A stretch of DNA of 64,000 bases from an uncultured Clostridia bacterium (GTDB lineage: Bacteria; Bacillota; Clostridia; TANB77; CAG-508), in the NCBI GenBank assembly GCA_947626605.1, contig CANQSV010000004.1, positions 28,429-92,428 of the forward strand. The letters run 5' to 3'. The first letter of the stretch is position 1. Each line of letters opens with the position of its first letter. Below the pieces are notes generated by a model. That model did not search any database and was not told the DNA's origin. It saw nothing but the letters and a program-made list of their open reading frames with translations. Shown here piece by piece: positions 9,883 through 19,525 of this stretch. Both the position numbers and the translations under genes were made by a program.

Positions 9883-10809
9883 GTGTATAATTTTAGAACT
9901 GATTTGGCATGTGAGAGAAGAGAACTTTATCAAAAGGCTAATGGTTTAGATGAAATTGATGGAATAGAAACAGAGCAAAAAGGTGATGATATAAGAATAA
10001 ACACAGTAAAAGTAACTAATGAATCTGGAGCAAGAGCAATTGGTAAGCCAGTGGGGACGTATATAACGGTTGATATTAAAAATTTTAAAATAGCAGACGA
10101 TGATAAGATTCAGAGGGCATCAGAGGTTGTAACTGAAGAATTAAGAAAATTGATTGATGTTCATTCTGCAAAAACAGATGATATATTAGTTGTGGGACTA
10201 GGCAATAGATTTGTAACACCAGATTCACTTGGCCCAAAGGTAATAACAGATATAGAAATTACAAGGCATCTACTTAAATATGCTCCACAATATCTAGAAC
10301 CTGGAACAAGACCAGTAAGTGCTGTGTCTCCAGGAGTTTTAGGAACAACAGGAATAGAAACTTTTGAAATTATAAAGGGAATAGTAGATAATATAAAGCC
10401 AAAGCTTTTAATTGTAATAGATGCTTTAGCATCTAGAAGTATTGAAAGAATAAGTAGTACAATTCAAATAGCAGATACTGGTATAGTACCTGGTTCAGGA
10501 GTAGAAAATGCACGAAAGTCATTAAATCAGGAAAGTTTAGGAATTCCTGTAATAGCATTAGGTATTCCAACAGTAGTAGATCTTGGAACAATAATAGATG
10601 AGGGCTTAGATTTGTTTATTACAAAATTACAGGAAAAGGCAGAGTCTAATGAGTATTTAAATAAATTAAAAGAGAAAGATAATTATGAAGAAATAAAAGA
10701 AGCTTTAACTCCTAATGATTATAATATGATAGTAACTCCAAAGGAGATAGATGATTTAATTGAGAAGATGAAGGATGTAATAGCAAGGGGAATAAATTTT
10801 GCGGTGTAA
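9883..10809 (+). CDS. gpr: Germination protease (spore protease GPR)
   Basis: VYNFRTDLACERRE N-terminal region, VVGLGNRFVTPDSLGP and the active-site region. The ORF-track start at 9829 lies inside the repeat, so the real start is probably the GTG at 9883 or nearby. Confidence 0.75.
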   Translation: MYNFRTDLACERRELYQKANGLDEIDGIETEQKGDDIRINTVKVTNESGARAIGKPVGTYITVDIKNFKIADDDKIQRASEVVTEELRKLIDVHSAKTDDILVVGLGNRFVTPDSLGPKVITDIEITRHLLKYAPQYLEPGTRPVSAVSPGVLGTTGIETFEIIKGIVDNIKPKLLIVIDALASRSIERISSTIQIADTGIVPGSGVENARKSLNQESLGIPVIALGIPTVVDLGTIIDEGLDLFITKLQEKAESNEYLNKLKEKDNYEEIKEALTPNDYNMIVTPKEIDDLIEKMKDVIARGINFAV

Positions 10810-11192
10810 ACAATTTTTATACCTCATTCCACTTTGCGCGTCACTAACTGTAAAATAATAATTCCAAGTTCTTTTTGTTATATTACCTCAAATAAAAACT
10901 GGCAAGTATGTATATAATATTTTACGAGCAGTTACGGGTGGGGACCGACGAGTTTACAGGATGTTTAAAATTTTGTAAAAATTTTATAACAGACTGTACG
11001 ATGTTGGGGCGGCGCAGTAAAATATTATATATAAACTTGCAAACAAATAATATTGATAAGTTCGATAAATAACAATTTCCTAAAATTCAAATAATTTCCT
11101 TTACTATATTTTTCATAGTATTTGACTTTATAATGAAATAAATGTAAAATTTAAAAGGAACAAAATTTTAACTATTTAAATGGAGGTACAAA

Positions 11193-12833
11193 ATGCAAAT
11201 TACATATGAGAATAGCATTATAGAAGTGGAAAAAGGAACCAAAGTAATAGATGCATTAAAAAAACAAATAGATGGATCAACTACTGAGATAATAGCATGT
11301 ATTTGTAATAATAATGTAAGAAGTTTAGATTATGAAGTAAATGAAGATTCTAAAATAGAATTAATAGATTATTCAAATCCAGAAGGACAAAGAATATATA
11401 TAAGAGGGGTACTATATATAATGGCTAAAGCTTTTAATGATTTGTATCCAGAAATTCAATTAGCTGTAAACTATCAATTATCAAATGCTATGTTTTGTGA
11501 ATTAGAAAAACAAGTAACAACTGCAGAAATGATGAAAAAAGTTTCTGAAAGAATGAGAGAGATTGTAAAACAGAATATACCAATAAGAAAAGTTATAATG
11601 AGCAATGAAGAAGCTGAGGCTTTTTATGAAAAAGAGAAAACTGTAAAAGGAAGACTTCAAATTGATTTGAAACATAAAAAATATGTCTCATTATATTATT
11701 GTGAAGATTACTACAACTATTTTTTCGGAGTAATGCCAATATCAACTGGTTTTATGAAATTATTTAAGTTAGAAAAATACTTAGATGGATTTATTGTTAG
11801 ATATCCAAGTATAAGCAATCCAAATGAAATAGGGGAATTTATTAATGAAAAACATTTAACAACAATGCTTAATGAATATGACGATATATATAAACTATTA
11901 GGTATATATACAATTCATAGATTAAATAAACAAGTAGAATTAGACAATGCTAAAAGAAGTATACTTCTTGCTGAAGCTTTACATGAGAAGAAAATTGCAA
12001 AGATTGCTGATTCTATAACTAAAAATAGAAATATTAAGATGGTGTTAATAGCAGGTCCATCTTCATCTGGAAAAACAACTTTTGCTAAAAGATTAGGAAT
12101 ACAATTACAATTAAATGGGTTAAAACCAAAAACAATTTCAGTTGATAATTATTTTGTTGAGAGAGATCAAAATCCTGTAGATGAAAATGGAGAGTATGAT
12201 TTTGAATGTATTGAAGCAATTGACTTAGAGTTATTTAATAATCATTTAACTAGATTATTGAATGGTGAAGAAATAGAAATGCCAGACTTTGATTTTAAAG
12301 TAGGTACTAAAAGATATAATGGAAACAAAATGAAATTGGAAGATGATGAGATTTTAGTTATTGAAGGAATTCACTGCTTAAATGATAAATTAACTGCTTC
12401 AATTGATAAGGATAAGAAATATAAAATATATATAAGTGGTCTTACAGTTTTAAATATCGATTATTATAATAGAATATCAACAACAGATACAAGACTAATT
12501 CGTAGAATTGTAAGAGATTATCAATTTAGAGGATATTCTGCACTTCATACAATAAGAATGTGGGATTCAGTATCAAGAGGAGAAAAGAAAAATATCTATC
12601 CATTCCAAGAAGAGGCAAATAGCACTTTTAATTCAGCCTTGGTATACGAATTAGCAGCTTTAAAGAAATATGCAGTTCCTCTATTGGAAGAGATTGATGA
12701 ATCTTATCCAGAACATACAGTAGCACAAAGATTACTAATATTATTACAGTATTTTGAAGAAATTCCAACAGATAATATTCCTCCAAATTCAATACTAAGA
12801 GAATTTATTGGTGGAAGTATATTTGAGGAATAA
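11193..12833 (+). CDS. Uridine kinase family protein with an N-terminal TGS / ThrRS-N-like domain
   Basis: Central Walker A LIAGPSSSGKTTFAKRL and a PRK/uridine kinase-like core (ISVDNYF, VIEGIHCLN), with about 270 aa of N-terminal extension. Confidence 0.65.
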   Translation: MQITYENSIIEVEKGTKVIDALKKQIDGSTTEIIACICNNNVRSLDYEVNEDSKIELIDYSNPEGQRIYIRGVLYIMAKAFNDLYPEIQLAVNYQLSNAMFCELEKQVTTAEMMKKVSERMREIVKQNIPIRKVIMSNEEAEAFYEKEKTVKGRLQIDLKHKKYVSLYYCEDYYNYFFGVMPISTGFMKLFKLEKYLDGFIVRYPSISNPNEIGEFINEKHLTTMLNEYDDIYKLLGIYTIHRLNKQVELDNAKRSILLAEALHEKKIAKIADSITKNRNIKMVLIAGPSSSGKTTFAKRLGIQLQLNGLKPKTISVDNYFVERDQNPVDENGEYDFECIEAIDLELFNNHLTRLLNGEEIEMPDFDFKVGTKRYNGNKMKLEDDEILVIEGIHCLNDKLTASIDKDKKYKIYISGLTVLNIDYYNRISTTDTRLIRRIVRDYQFRGYSALHTIRMWDSVSRGEKKNIYPFQEEANSTFNSALVYELAALKKYAVPLLEEIDESYPEHTVAQRLLILLQYFEEIPTDNIPPNSILREFIGGSIFEE

Positions 12834-12852
12834 AAGAGGTGAAATAGAATAA

Positions 12853-13161
12853 TTGCTTAGTAAATTTACAAAAATAGATGAAGAATTTATATGTGAAAAT
12901 TGTGGGAGAAAAGTAGAAAAATTAGGATATACATGTAGAAACCATTGCCCATATTGTTTGCACTCTAAACATGTTGATGTGAATCCCGGAGATAGAGCAG
13001 AAGAGTGCCATGGAATACTAGAACCTATAGGTTTGGAGATAGATAGTAAAAAAGGATATGTAATAATTTTCAAATGCAAAAAGTGTGGGAAAATAAGAAA
13101 GAATAAAGCTGCTGAAGATGATAATATGGATTTGATAATAAAATTAAGTAGTAAACATTAA
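12853..13161 (+). CDS. RNHCP-domain zinc-ribbon protein
   Basis: The literal RNHCPYC motif plus two further CxxC pairs; 102 aa. Confidence 0.5.
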   Translation: MLSKFTKIDEEFICENCGRKVEKLGYTCRNHCPYCLHSKHVDVNPGDRAEECHGILEPIGLEIDSKKGYVIIFKCKKCGKIRKNKAAEDDNMDLIIKLSSKH

Positions 13162-13193
13162 TAAAATATAATAATAATATAAATCGAAACGTT

Positions 13194-15608
13194 TTAAACG
13201 TTTCGATTTATGTTTCCATTAGTATAATTTTCTCCTTCTAGTCTTTTTCCAGAACGAATTGTACTAATTATATTATTTATTTCTTTTATATTTTCATCAA
13301 GTATATCGATTCTAGCATAATCATTTCCAATATCATTAAAATCAATAGATGTGATTTTACTATTATATAGTGTGGTAATAGTTTGAGTATTATCTGGGAT
13401 GATTCTGAATAGAAAGCCCATTCTATCTTTTAAATAGTATGAATTATTTTTTAGGTTTTTGCATTTCATAGAACATTCTTTGTAGCATTTATTAGATTTA
13501 CCAAGTAAACAATAGTTAGATGTCATAAGAGGTAAATTTCCATATACGATTAATTCTGAATTTATATTTTTTGCTCTAAGAATATTAGTTAGCTCATGAA
13601 GTTCAGTTCTATTTATTTCAGGAGAAAGTGTAACAGAGCTTAACTCTAAATTAGTTGCAGTGAGGCTATTAAAAATGTTTAAAGTGTAATTACCAACAAG
13701 CTCATAATTATCTTTAAAATCCTTTAACAATTCTAATTGACCTAAGTTAGATACTACAAAACCATTAATTTGATAATCCTGTAGTATGTGATTAATATTT
13801 TCCATAAATTTTCTTGATAAATCTTTTCTAAGTATACTTGGCATGTAAATGTAAGTTTTGAATTTGTTTGTTAGTGTTAAAAGCATATTTTTATATGTGC
13901 TTTCAAAGAAATACTTAAGGGGAATATATAATCTATCTATTTTAGACATATTCGAATAATCTATATCAGCTTTTAGAATATTTAAGAGCAAAGAAATTTT
14001 AGGAGAAGTAGCATATAAAGTATGTGGATGTGATGCTTCTATAATTGGCAATAAAGCATCTGAATGTTTAAAACTTTTTATTATTTCTTGCTCAATTTTT
14101 TCTAAACCTTTCCTTCTTAATTCGTTGATTGCACTAATTGGAGATATAAATAAATTATCGTCTAAATCAACTGTTATATTTTCAAATTCAAAAGGAGTAG
14201 AAGAAGTCTTTTTTAGTTGTGAAATGATTCTTTCTTTTGTTATAGGTTGATTTATTGAAGGGACAGGAGTTATATCTGATGCTAGTTCAATACAAGGGTT
14301 AAAGAATATGTTAGTTTTAGAAGTTATTTTTATTGAGATAGGAGTATTGGCTTTTATGGTAATTATACAATCCAATTTTATCTTTTTTAATTCAGCACCA
14401 GAGTAAGTTGATTCAGCTTTAGAAGAAAGTTCTTTTGAAGAGAGTTTATATATTTTATCACCTTTTGATATGTTCCCAATCATTCTACCAATAGTTACAA
14501 TATTTCCAATATTTGCAGAAGGTGTGTTTTGGTTATTAATCATAAGTTCTGAAACATTGTATTTAGAGGATTCTTTTTCAAAGGTAATAGAGTCGCCAAT
14601 ATTAAGAGGCGTTTCAAGCTTTAACTCAACATACTTTTTATTTGGATTATAATTAATAACAGAACCTAAATAAATTCCCATGTTATTAGGTTTTTCTTTA
14701 TATATTAAACTTCTATTTGGAACAGATTTTAAATGACCAGAAGAAAAACCACCTCTGTTAAATACTTGTTTTAAATCTAATATATCCTGCTTATCAATAG
14801 AATAAGGTTCTTCATATGTTATTTTATCAATATATTTTCGATAAAGCCTTGTCACGGTTGAAACGTATTCAGGTGTTTTCATTCGACCTTCAAGTTTTAA
14901 ACTAGTTATTCCTGTAGAAATCAATTGTGGCAAAACATCTAGAGAACAAAGATCTTTTGGACTTAATAAATATCCTTTATCTATTGTTTTAGTATTTTCT
15001 AATAATTCATAAGGTAGTCTGCAGCCTTGAGCACATTTGCCTCTGTTACCAGAACGTCCACCAATTATGCTAGAAAATAGGCATTGACCAGAATAAGAAA
15101 TGCAAAGAGCACCATGAGCAAAAACTTCAGTCTCTATATTTGAATTTTTAGAGATGTAATCAATTTCTTCAAGCGAAAGCTCTCGAGACAAAACAATTCT
15201 TTTGAAACCTAGATTTTCTAAATATGTAGCGCCTTCTAAGCTATGAATGGTCATTTGAGTACTGCCATGAATAGGTAAGTTAGGTATATTTTTATGTATA
15301 AGATTTGCAAGACCAAAATCTTGAACAATAACTGCATCTGTTCCAGCTAAATAAGCTTGATGAGCAATTTTTAGCACTTGTTCTAATTCAAATTCTTTTA
15401 CTAAAGTGTTTAAAGTAAGGTAAACTTTTACATTTCTTACTTTTGCATAATCAATAGCTTTATTTAAATCAGTTAAATTAAAATTTGTAGCAGAATATCT
15501 TGCATTAAAATCGGAAACACCTAAATAAACTGCATTAGCACCATTTTGGACAGCTGCACGCAAACAATCAAAATCACCTACTGGACTTAATAACTCTATA
15601 TTTTTCAT
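13194..15608 (-). CDS. Peptidase U32 family protein (collagenase-like), long form
   Basis: N-terminal ELLSPVGDFDCLRAAVQNGANAVYLG and an E...C catalytic region; 804 aa. Confidence 0.8.
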   Translation of the reverse strand: MKNIELLSPVGDFDCLRAAVQNGANAVYLGVSDFNARYSATNFNLTDLNKAIDYAKVRNVKVYLTLNTLVKEFELEQVLKIAHQAYLAGTDAVIVQDFGLANLIHKNIPNLPIHGSTQMTIHSLEGATYLENLGFKRIVLSRELSLEEIDYISKNSNIETEVFAHGALCISYSGQCLFSSIIGGRSGNRGKCAQGCRLPYELLENTKTIDKGYLLSPKDLCSLDVLPQLISTGITSLKLEGRMKTPEYVSTVTRLYRKYIDKITYEEPYSIDKQDILDLKQVFNRGGFSSGHLKSVPNRSLIYKEKPNNMGIYLGSVINYNPNKKYVELKLETPLNIGDSITFEKESSKYNVSELMINNQNTPSANIGNIVTIGRMIGNISKGDKIYKLSSKELSSKAESTYSGAELKKIKLDCIITIKANTPISIKITSKTNIFFNPCIELASDITPVPSINQPITKERIISQLKKTSSTPFEFENITVDLDDNLFISPISAINELRRKGLEKIEQEIIKSFKHSDALLPIIEASHPHTLYATSPKISLLLNILKADIDYSNMSKIDRLYIPLKYFFESTYKNMLLTLTNKFKTYIYMPSILRKDLSRKFMENINHILQDYQINGFVVSNLGQLELLKDFKDNYELVGNYTLNIFNSLTATNLELSSVTLSPEINRTELHELTNILRAKNINSELIVYGNLPLMTSNYCLLGKSNKCYKECSMKCKNLKNNSYYLKDRMGFLFRIIPDNTQTITTLYNSKITSIDFNDIGNDYARIDILDENIKEINNIISTIRSGKRLEGENYTNGNINRNV

Positions 15609-15730
15609 AAAAACTCCTTAATTAAGATATCATCAAATATGATAAAAATTGTTTTAATGCTATCATTGTAACATATTTTTACATGTTTTCATACTATATA
15701 TTATAAAAACTAAACAAGGAGGTAAATTAA

Positions 15731-15871
15731 ATGCAAGAAGAAAGATGTTGTTGTAATAATAATGGAGGATTCTTAGGAGGTTGTGGAGACAGCGAGATAT
15801 TATTTTTCATAATAATATTCTTATTATTATTCACAAATTGTGGATGTGGATGCAGAGGTTGTGGAAATTAA
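15731..15871 (+). CDS. YjcZ-like small Cys/Gly-rich sporulation peptide (46 aa; not in the ORF track)
   Basis: Translation is MQEERCCCNNNGGFLGGCGDSEILFFIIIFLLLFTNCGCGCRGCGN. It has a perfect RBS (AAGGAGG 8 nt upstream) and a terminator hairpin at 15901-15930. A possible sigmaK-type -10 (CATActaTA) lies at about 15690. Confidence 0.5.
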   Translation: MQEERCCCNNNGGFLGGCGDSEILFFIIIFLLLFTNCGCGCRGCGN

Positions 15872-15900
15872 CATATAATTAGCAACTAAGAATACATCAA

Positions 15901-15933
15901 ACCCCTATAAGAAAAGATGCTTATAGGGGTTAA
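15901..15933 (+). terminator. Intrinsic terminator cccctataag-aaaagatg-cttatagggg
   Basis: Perfect 10-bp stem, A/T-rich tail. Confidence 0.5.
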
Positions 15934-16076
15934 TAAATTTGAAAGAGTTATTAAAAAATTAGAGATGATAATTAATTATAAACATAATATTAAAACTTTT
16001 GATATTTCTTGAAAAAAGCAATATATTATAATATAATAAAAATGGACAAGTTTATTAATATTTAAAGGAGAAAATA

Positions 16077-17201
16077 ATGATTAAAAATATTAAAAAACTC
16101 ATAGCAATTTGTATAGTAATAATTTTTATAATAATAATTGCTTTATTAATTAAAGATAATATACATATAAAAAAAGAAACAAAATCTGCAGTAATGGTAT
16201 CATCAGTTACAGCAAAACCATCATCTGATGAGAAAAATGAAGAAGAAAACAATATTATAGTAGCAATTATGGATAATGAAGAAAAAAAAGAGAATAATAT
16301 AAAATCAGACAAAAAAGAAGAACCAGTAGATGAAGTAAAAAATGAAGAGAAGACAGATCAAACTGAAGATAATATTCAAAAGCAACAAGATAGCAGTTCA
16401 CCATATTACATTAAAGTAAATTATCAAGCAAATGTTGTAACAATCTACACAAAAGATAGTGCTGGAAAATATACGGTTCCATATAAAGCAATGATATGTT
16501 CAACAGGTAGTGCTACACCTCATAGTGGAACTTATATAATGCCTAGTGGATATCGTTCAAAAGGAACATGGGGATTAATGGTTGGTGGAGTATATGCTCA
16601 ATATTATACTAGAATTGTGGGGAGTATTTTGTTTCATTCAGTTCCATATACAAAGCAAAATAAATCTTCATTAGAATATTGGGAATATGATAAATTAGGA
16701 ACAACAGCATCAGCAGGGTGTGTTCGTTTAACAGTACAGGATGCAAAATGGATATACAATAATTGCCCAGCAGGAACACAAGTGGATTTTTATGCTGATT
16801 CAAATCCAGGACCACTGGGAAAGCCTACGGCAAAAAAAATATCAGATGAAAAAGAAGTTAGAAATTGGGATCCAACAGATCCAGATAGTAGAAATCCTTG
16901 GAAGGATTATAAAAAAGAAAAAGAAGAAAAAGACAAGAACAATAACACAACAAAAAATAACAATACAACTCCAAAAAATAACACAATAAAAGATAACACA
17001 ATAAAAGATAATGCAAATCAAAATAATAATACAATAAAAAACAATACAACCAATAATAATAAAATAAACAATAATGTAATTAAAGATAATAAAAATACAA
17101 TATCTAATAAAGAAATAGAGAATATTGAAAATGATACAAATGAGATAAATAATAATACTACAACAAATGATGAAAGTAAAAGTTATGTATCGGTTAATTA
17201 A
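16077..17201 (+). CDS. L,D-transpeptidase (YkuD-like) with an N-terminal membrane anchor and an Asn/Thr-rich low-complexity C-terminal tail
   Basis: Catalytic motif HSVPYT...SAGCVRL. C-terminal repeats of the form NNTTKNNNTTPKNNTIKDN. Confidence 0.75.
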   Translation: MIKNIKKLIAICIVIIFIIIIALLIKDNIHIKKETKSAVMVSSVTAKPSSDEKNEEENNIIVAIMDNEEKKENNIKSDKKEEPVDEVKNEEKTDQTEDNIQKQQDSSSPYYIKVNYQANVVTIYTKDSAGKYTVPYKAMICSTGSATPHSGTYIMPSGYRSKGTWGLMVGGVYAQYYTRIVGSILFHSVPYTKQNKSSLEYWEYDKLGTTASAGCVRLTVQDAKWIYNNCPAGTQVDFYADSNPGPLGKPTAKKISDEKEVRNWDPTDPDSRNPWKDYKKEKEEKDKNNNTTKNNNTTPKNNTIKDNTIKDNANQNNNTIKNNTTNNNKINNNVIKDNKNTISNKEIENIENDTNEINNNTTTNDESKSYVSVN

Positions 17202-17205
17202 AAAT

Positions 17206-17240
17206 GCACCTCCTAGAATTAAATCTAGGGGGTGCTATTT
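17206..17240. terminator. Bidirectional terminator gcacctcctagaattaaatctagggggtgc
   Basis: Lies between the convergent L,D-transpeptidase and dapA genes; T-tract after the hairpin. Confidence 0.55.
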
Positions 17241-17241
17241 T

Positions 17242-18126
17242 TTATATTAAATCATAATTTCTTAAAGCAGTTTTCAGTTTATCTTTTCCTTTATCAGACA
17301 TTTCAATTAAAGGTAATCTAGGAGTTCCAAAGTTATAATGTATCATATTTAAACCAGCTTTTACAGGGATAGGGTTTACCTCACAAAACAAAGCATCAAT
17401 AAGTTCAAGAGATTCAAGTTGAACCTTTTTTGCTTCTTCAAAATGTCCATCGAAGAAATCATGAGTCATTTTTGTAAATTTAGCAGGAGCCAAGTTAGAA
17501 ATTACAGAAATAACTCCAAGGCCACCTAAAGATAGAGTAGGTAGTACTTGGTCATCATTACCAGAATATATATGTAAATTATCACCGCAAAGAGATGCAA
17601 TTTTTGCAATTTGAGATAAATTTCCACTAGCTTCTTTTATTGCAACTATATTATCTATTTTAGAAAGCTCTAAACAAGTTTCAGGTAAAATATTAACACC
17701 AGTTCTACTAGGCACACTATAAAGAATTATAGGTAATGAAGTAGAAGATGCAATAGCAGAATAATGTGCAACAAGTCCTGCTTGAGTTGTTTTGTTGTAG
17801 TAAGGTGTAACGACTAATATTCCGTCAACTCCAACACTTTCTGCATACTTAGACATTTCAATAACAGATTTTGTATTATTACCACCAGTACCTGCAATAA
17901 CAGGAACTCTTTTTTTGGCGACTTCTACTGCAAATTTAATAGCAGATTTTTTCTCTTCCGTACTCATAGTAGAAGATTCCCCAGTAGTTCCACAAACCAG
18001 AATAGCATCAATACCAGCTTTAATTTGGTCGTTTATTAATTTTTCAAATTCAGTATAGTTAATTCCATCTTCAGTAAATGGAGTAGCCATAGCAGTACAA
18101 CAACCTTTAAATAAAATTTTTTTCAT
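17242..18126 (-). CDS. dapA: 4-hydroxy-tetrahydrodipicolinate synthase
   Basis: GTTGESSTMS motif and a Schiff-base lysine region; 294 aa. Confidence 0.85.
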   Translation of the reverse strand: MKKILFKGCCTAMATPFTEDGINYTEFEKLINDQIKAGIDAILVCGTTGESSTMSTEEKKSAIKFAVEVAKKRVPVIAGTGGNNTKSVIEMSKYAESVGVDGILVVTPYYNKTTQAGLVAHYSAIASSTSLPIILYSVPSRTGVNILPETCLELSKIDNIVAIKEASGNLSQIAKIASLCGDNLHIYSGNDDQVLPTLSLGGLGVISVISNLAPAKFTKMTHDFFDGHFEEAKKVQLESLELIDALFCEVNPIPVKAGLNMIHYNFGTPRLPLIEMSDKGKDKLKTALRNYDLI

Positions 18127-18268
18127 AATTACCAGCTCCTTTTAAAAGCTATTTTATAAAAAAACATATAATTATATGCTAATTTATAGTAATTATATTT
18201 TAGTAACAAGTAAAAGTCAATGAATCACAAAAGCTAATTAATAAAAGAAAATGAATGAAACAGAAATA

Positions 18269-18296
18269 TTGACAAAAGGGATAAATATGTTATAAT
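18269..18296 (+). promoter_or_regulatory. Near-consensus sigma-A promoter (TTGACA, 16 nt, TATAAT)
   Basis: Read directly from the sequence. It lies 55 nt upstream of the small ORF at 18353. Confidence 0.45.
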
Positions 18297-18352
18297 ATAG
18301 TATGTAGTTATTGTAATTAATACAATACTTTTAGGAGGTTAGTATGTTAGCA

Positions 18353-18517
18353 AAAGTCTGGAAAAAGGTGCTACTAATCATACTACTAGTAGCATGTTTA
18401 TTTAATATAGTATCAAAATTAGTAGTAAAATTGCCATTCTTAAAAGAAATGGAATTATCTGCTATATATACTTTAAAGAATCAACCTAAAAACGAAACAG
18501 AGAATAAAACAGAATAA
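18353..18517 (+). CDS. Hypothetical small membrane peptide (54 aa)
   Basis: RBS AGGAGG 7 nt upstream and a consensus promoter. Hydrophobic segment KVLLIILLVACLF. No recognised family. Confidence 0.3.
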   Translation, partial: KVWKKVLLIILLVACLFNIVSKLVVKLPFLKEMELSAIYTLKNQPKNETENKTE

Positions 18518-18608
18518 TATTTAGTATAAGTATTGAAAAGATAATAATAATATGTTAATATATTATAGAAAAATTTTAAAAGAAGAGAAAAAGAGGTGAA
18601 TAGCACAA

Positions 18609-18808
18609 TGAAACAAGGAATACATCCAAACTTTGAAGAAACAACAATAACATGTGCATGTGGAAATGTATTAAAAACTAGCTCAACAAAAAAAGATTTA
18701 AAAGTTGATGTTTGTTCAAAATGTCATCCATACTGGACAGGTAGTTTAAAATTAAACACAACTGGTGGTAGAGCAGATAAATTCAAAAAGAAATTTGGAT
18801 TAGCTTAA
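18609..18808 (+). CDS. rpmE: 50S ribosomal protein L31 (zinc-binding type)
   Basis: MKQGIHP..CxCG...CSKCHP..GGRADKFKKKFG. Confidence 0.85.
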
Positions 18809-18816
18809 TAAATATA

Positions 18817-18915
18817 TGTAGGGGAGACCATTGGTCTCCCGTTTTTATACTGTAGGAAAATCTTGGATAGTTTTTTTTATATGTAGGGGAGAGCAGTGCT
18901 TTCCCGTTTTTATAC
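18817..18915 (+). terminator. Tandem pair of related intrinsic terminators (atatgtagggga-hairpin-cccgtttttatac, two copies)
   Basis: The stems are ggggagaccattggtctccc and ggggagagcagtgctttccc. Each is followed by GTTTTTATAC. Confidence 0.6.
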
Positions 18916-19081
18916 AAATTATAATCTTTTTGTAATAAAAAAGTCTTAATACTTATAATGTATATAGGAGAAGACTTTCATTAAGAAAGCAAAAATGTAA
19001 CTCTTGACATTAAATTTTTACAATGTTATCATAAGTTTAATGTTACGAAAGAATTTTTTTTAGAAAAACAAGGAGGATAAA

Positions 19082-19444
19082 ATGAAAAAAAAGTTATTTC
19101 AAATAGTAGGATTAGTAATGGTAATGGTTTTTTGTTCAATGTTATTTTGTAATTATACATTTGCAACAGATCTTGTTGGAAGTCAAATAAGTACTAATAG
19201 TACAAGTCAACAAACTAACAATACATCAAATACATCAAACACATCAAGTACTTCAAATTTATCTAGTTCAAATCAAAGCAGTAACAAAACTACATACAAT
19301 AATTCATCAGATAATTCTACATCTAAAGATAGTTCTTTACCAAAAACAGGAGAATCTTCAGTTGCTATAGTAGCTTTATTAGTAGTATTAGGAATTGCTA
19401 TTAAGTTAGGAATTGATTTGAAAAAATATGATTACATAAAATAA
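19082..19444 (+). CDS. Small LPXTG cell-wall-anchored surface protein (Ser/Thr/Asn-rich)
   Basis: Signal peptide, S/T/N-rich low complexity, LPKTG motif, hydrophobic segment and a KKYDYIK tail. Confidence 0.7.
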   Translation: MKKKLFQIVGLVMVMVFCSMLFCNYTFATDLVGSQISTNSTSQQTNNTSNTSNTSSTSNLSSSNQSSNKTTYNNSSDNSTSKDSSLPKTGESSVAIVALLVVLGIAIKLGIDLKKYDYIK

Positions 19445-19470
19445 AAAAATTTCGTACAATATAAAAAAAA

Positions 19471-19512
19471 GATGATAAAAATGGCATTTTATAATGCCAT
19501 TTTTTTATCATC
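19471..19512. terminator. Bidirectional terminator gatgataaaaatggcat/atgccatttttttatcatc
   Basis: Perfect inverted repeat with flanking A and T tracts. Confidence 0.55.
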
Positions 19513-19525
19513 TCTTTTGAAGATA

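Noticed and set aside
18127-18352. Lysine riboswitch upstream of dapA (minus strand)
   Set aside because: The region is uniformly AT-rich with none of the GC-rich L-box helices. Instead it carries a plus-strand consensus promoter for the small ORF.
18817-18915. Possible CRISPR-like array (two repeated units with conserved flanks)
   Set aside because: There are only two units. Each is a hairpin followed by a T-tract directly after rpmE, so they behave as tandem terminators. There are no cas genes and no spacer-like unique inserts.
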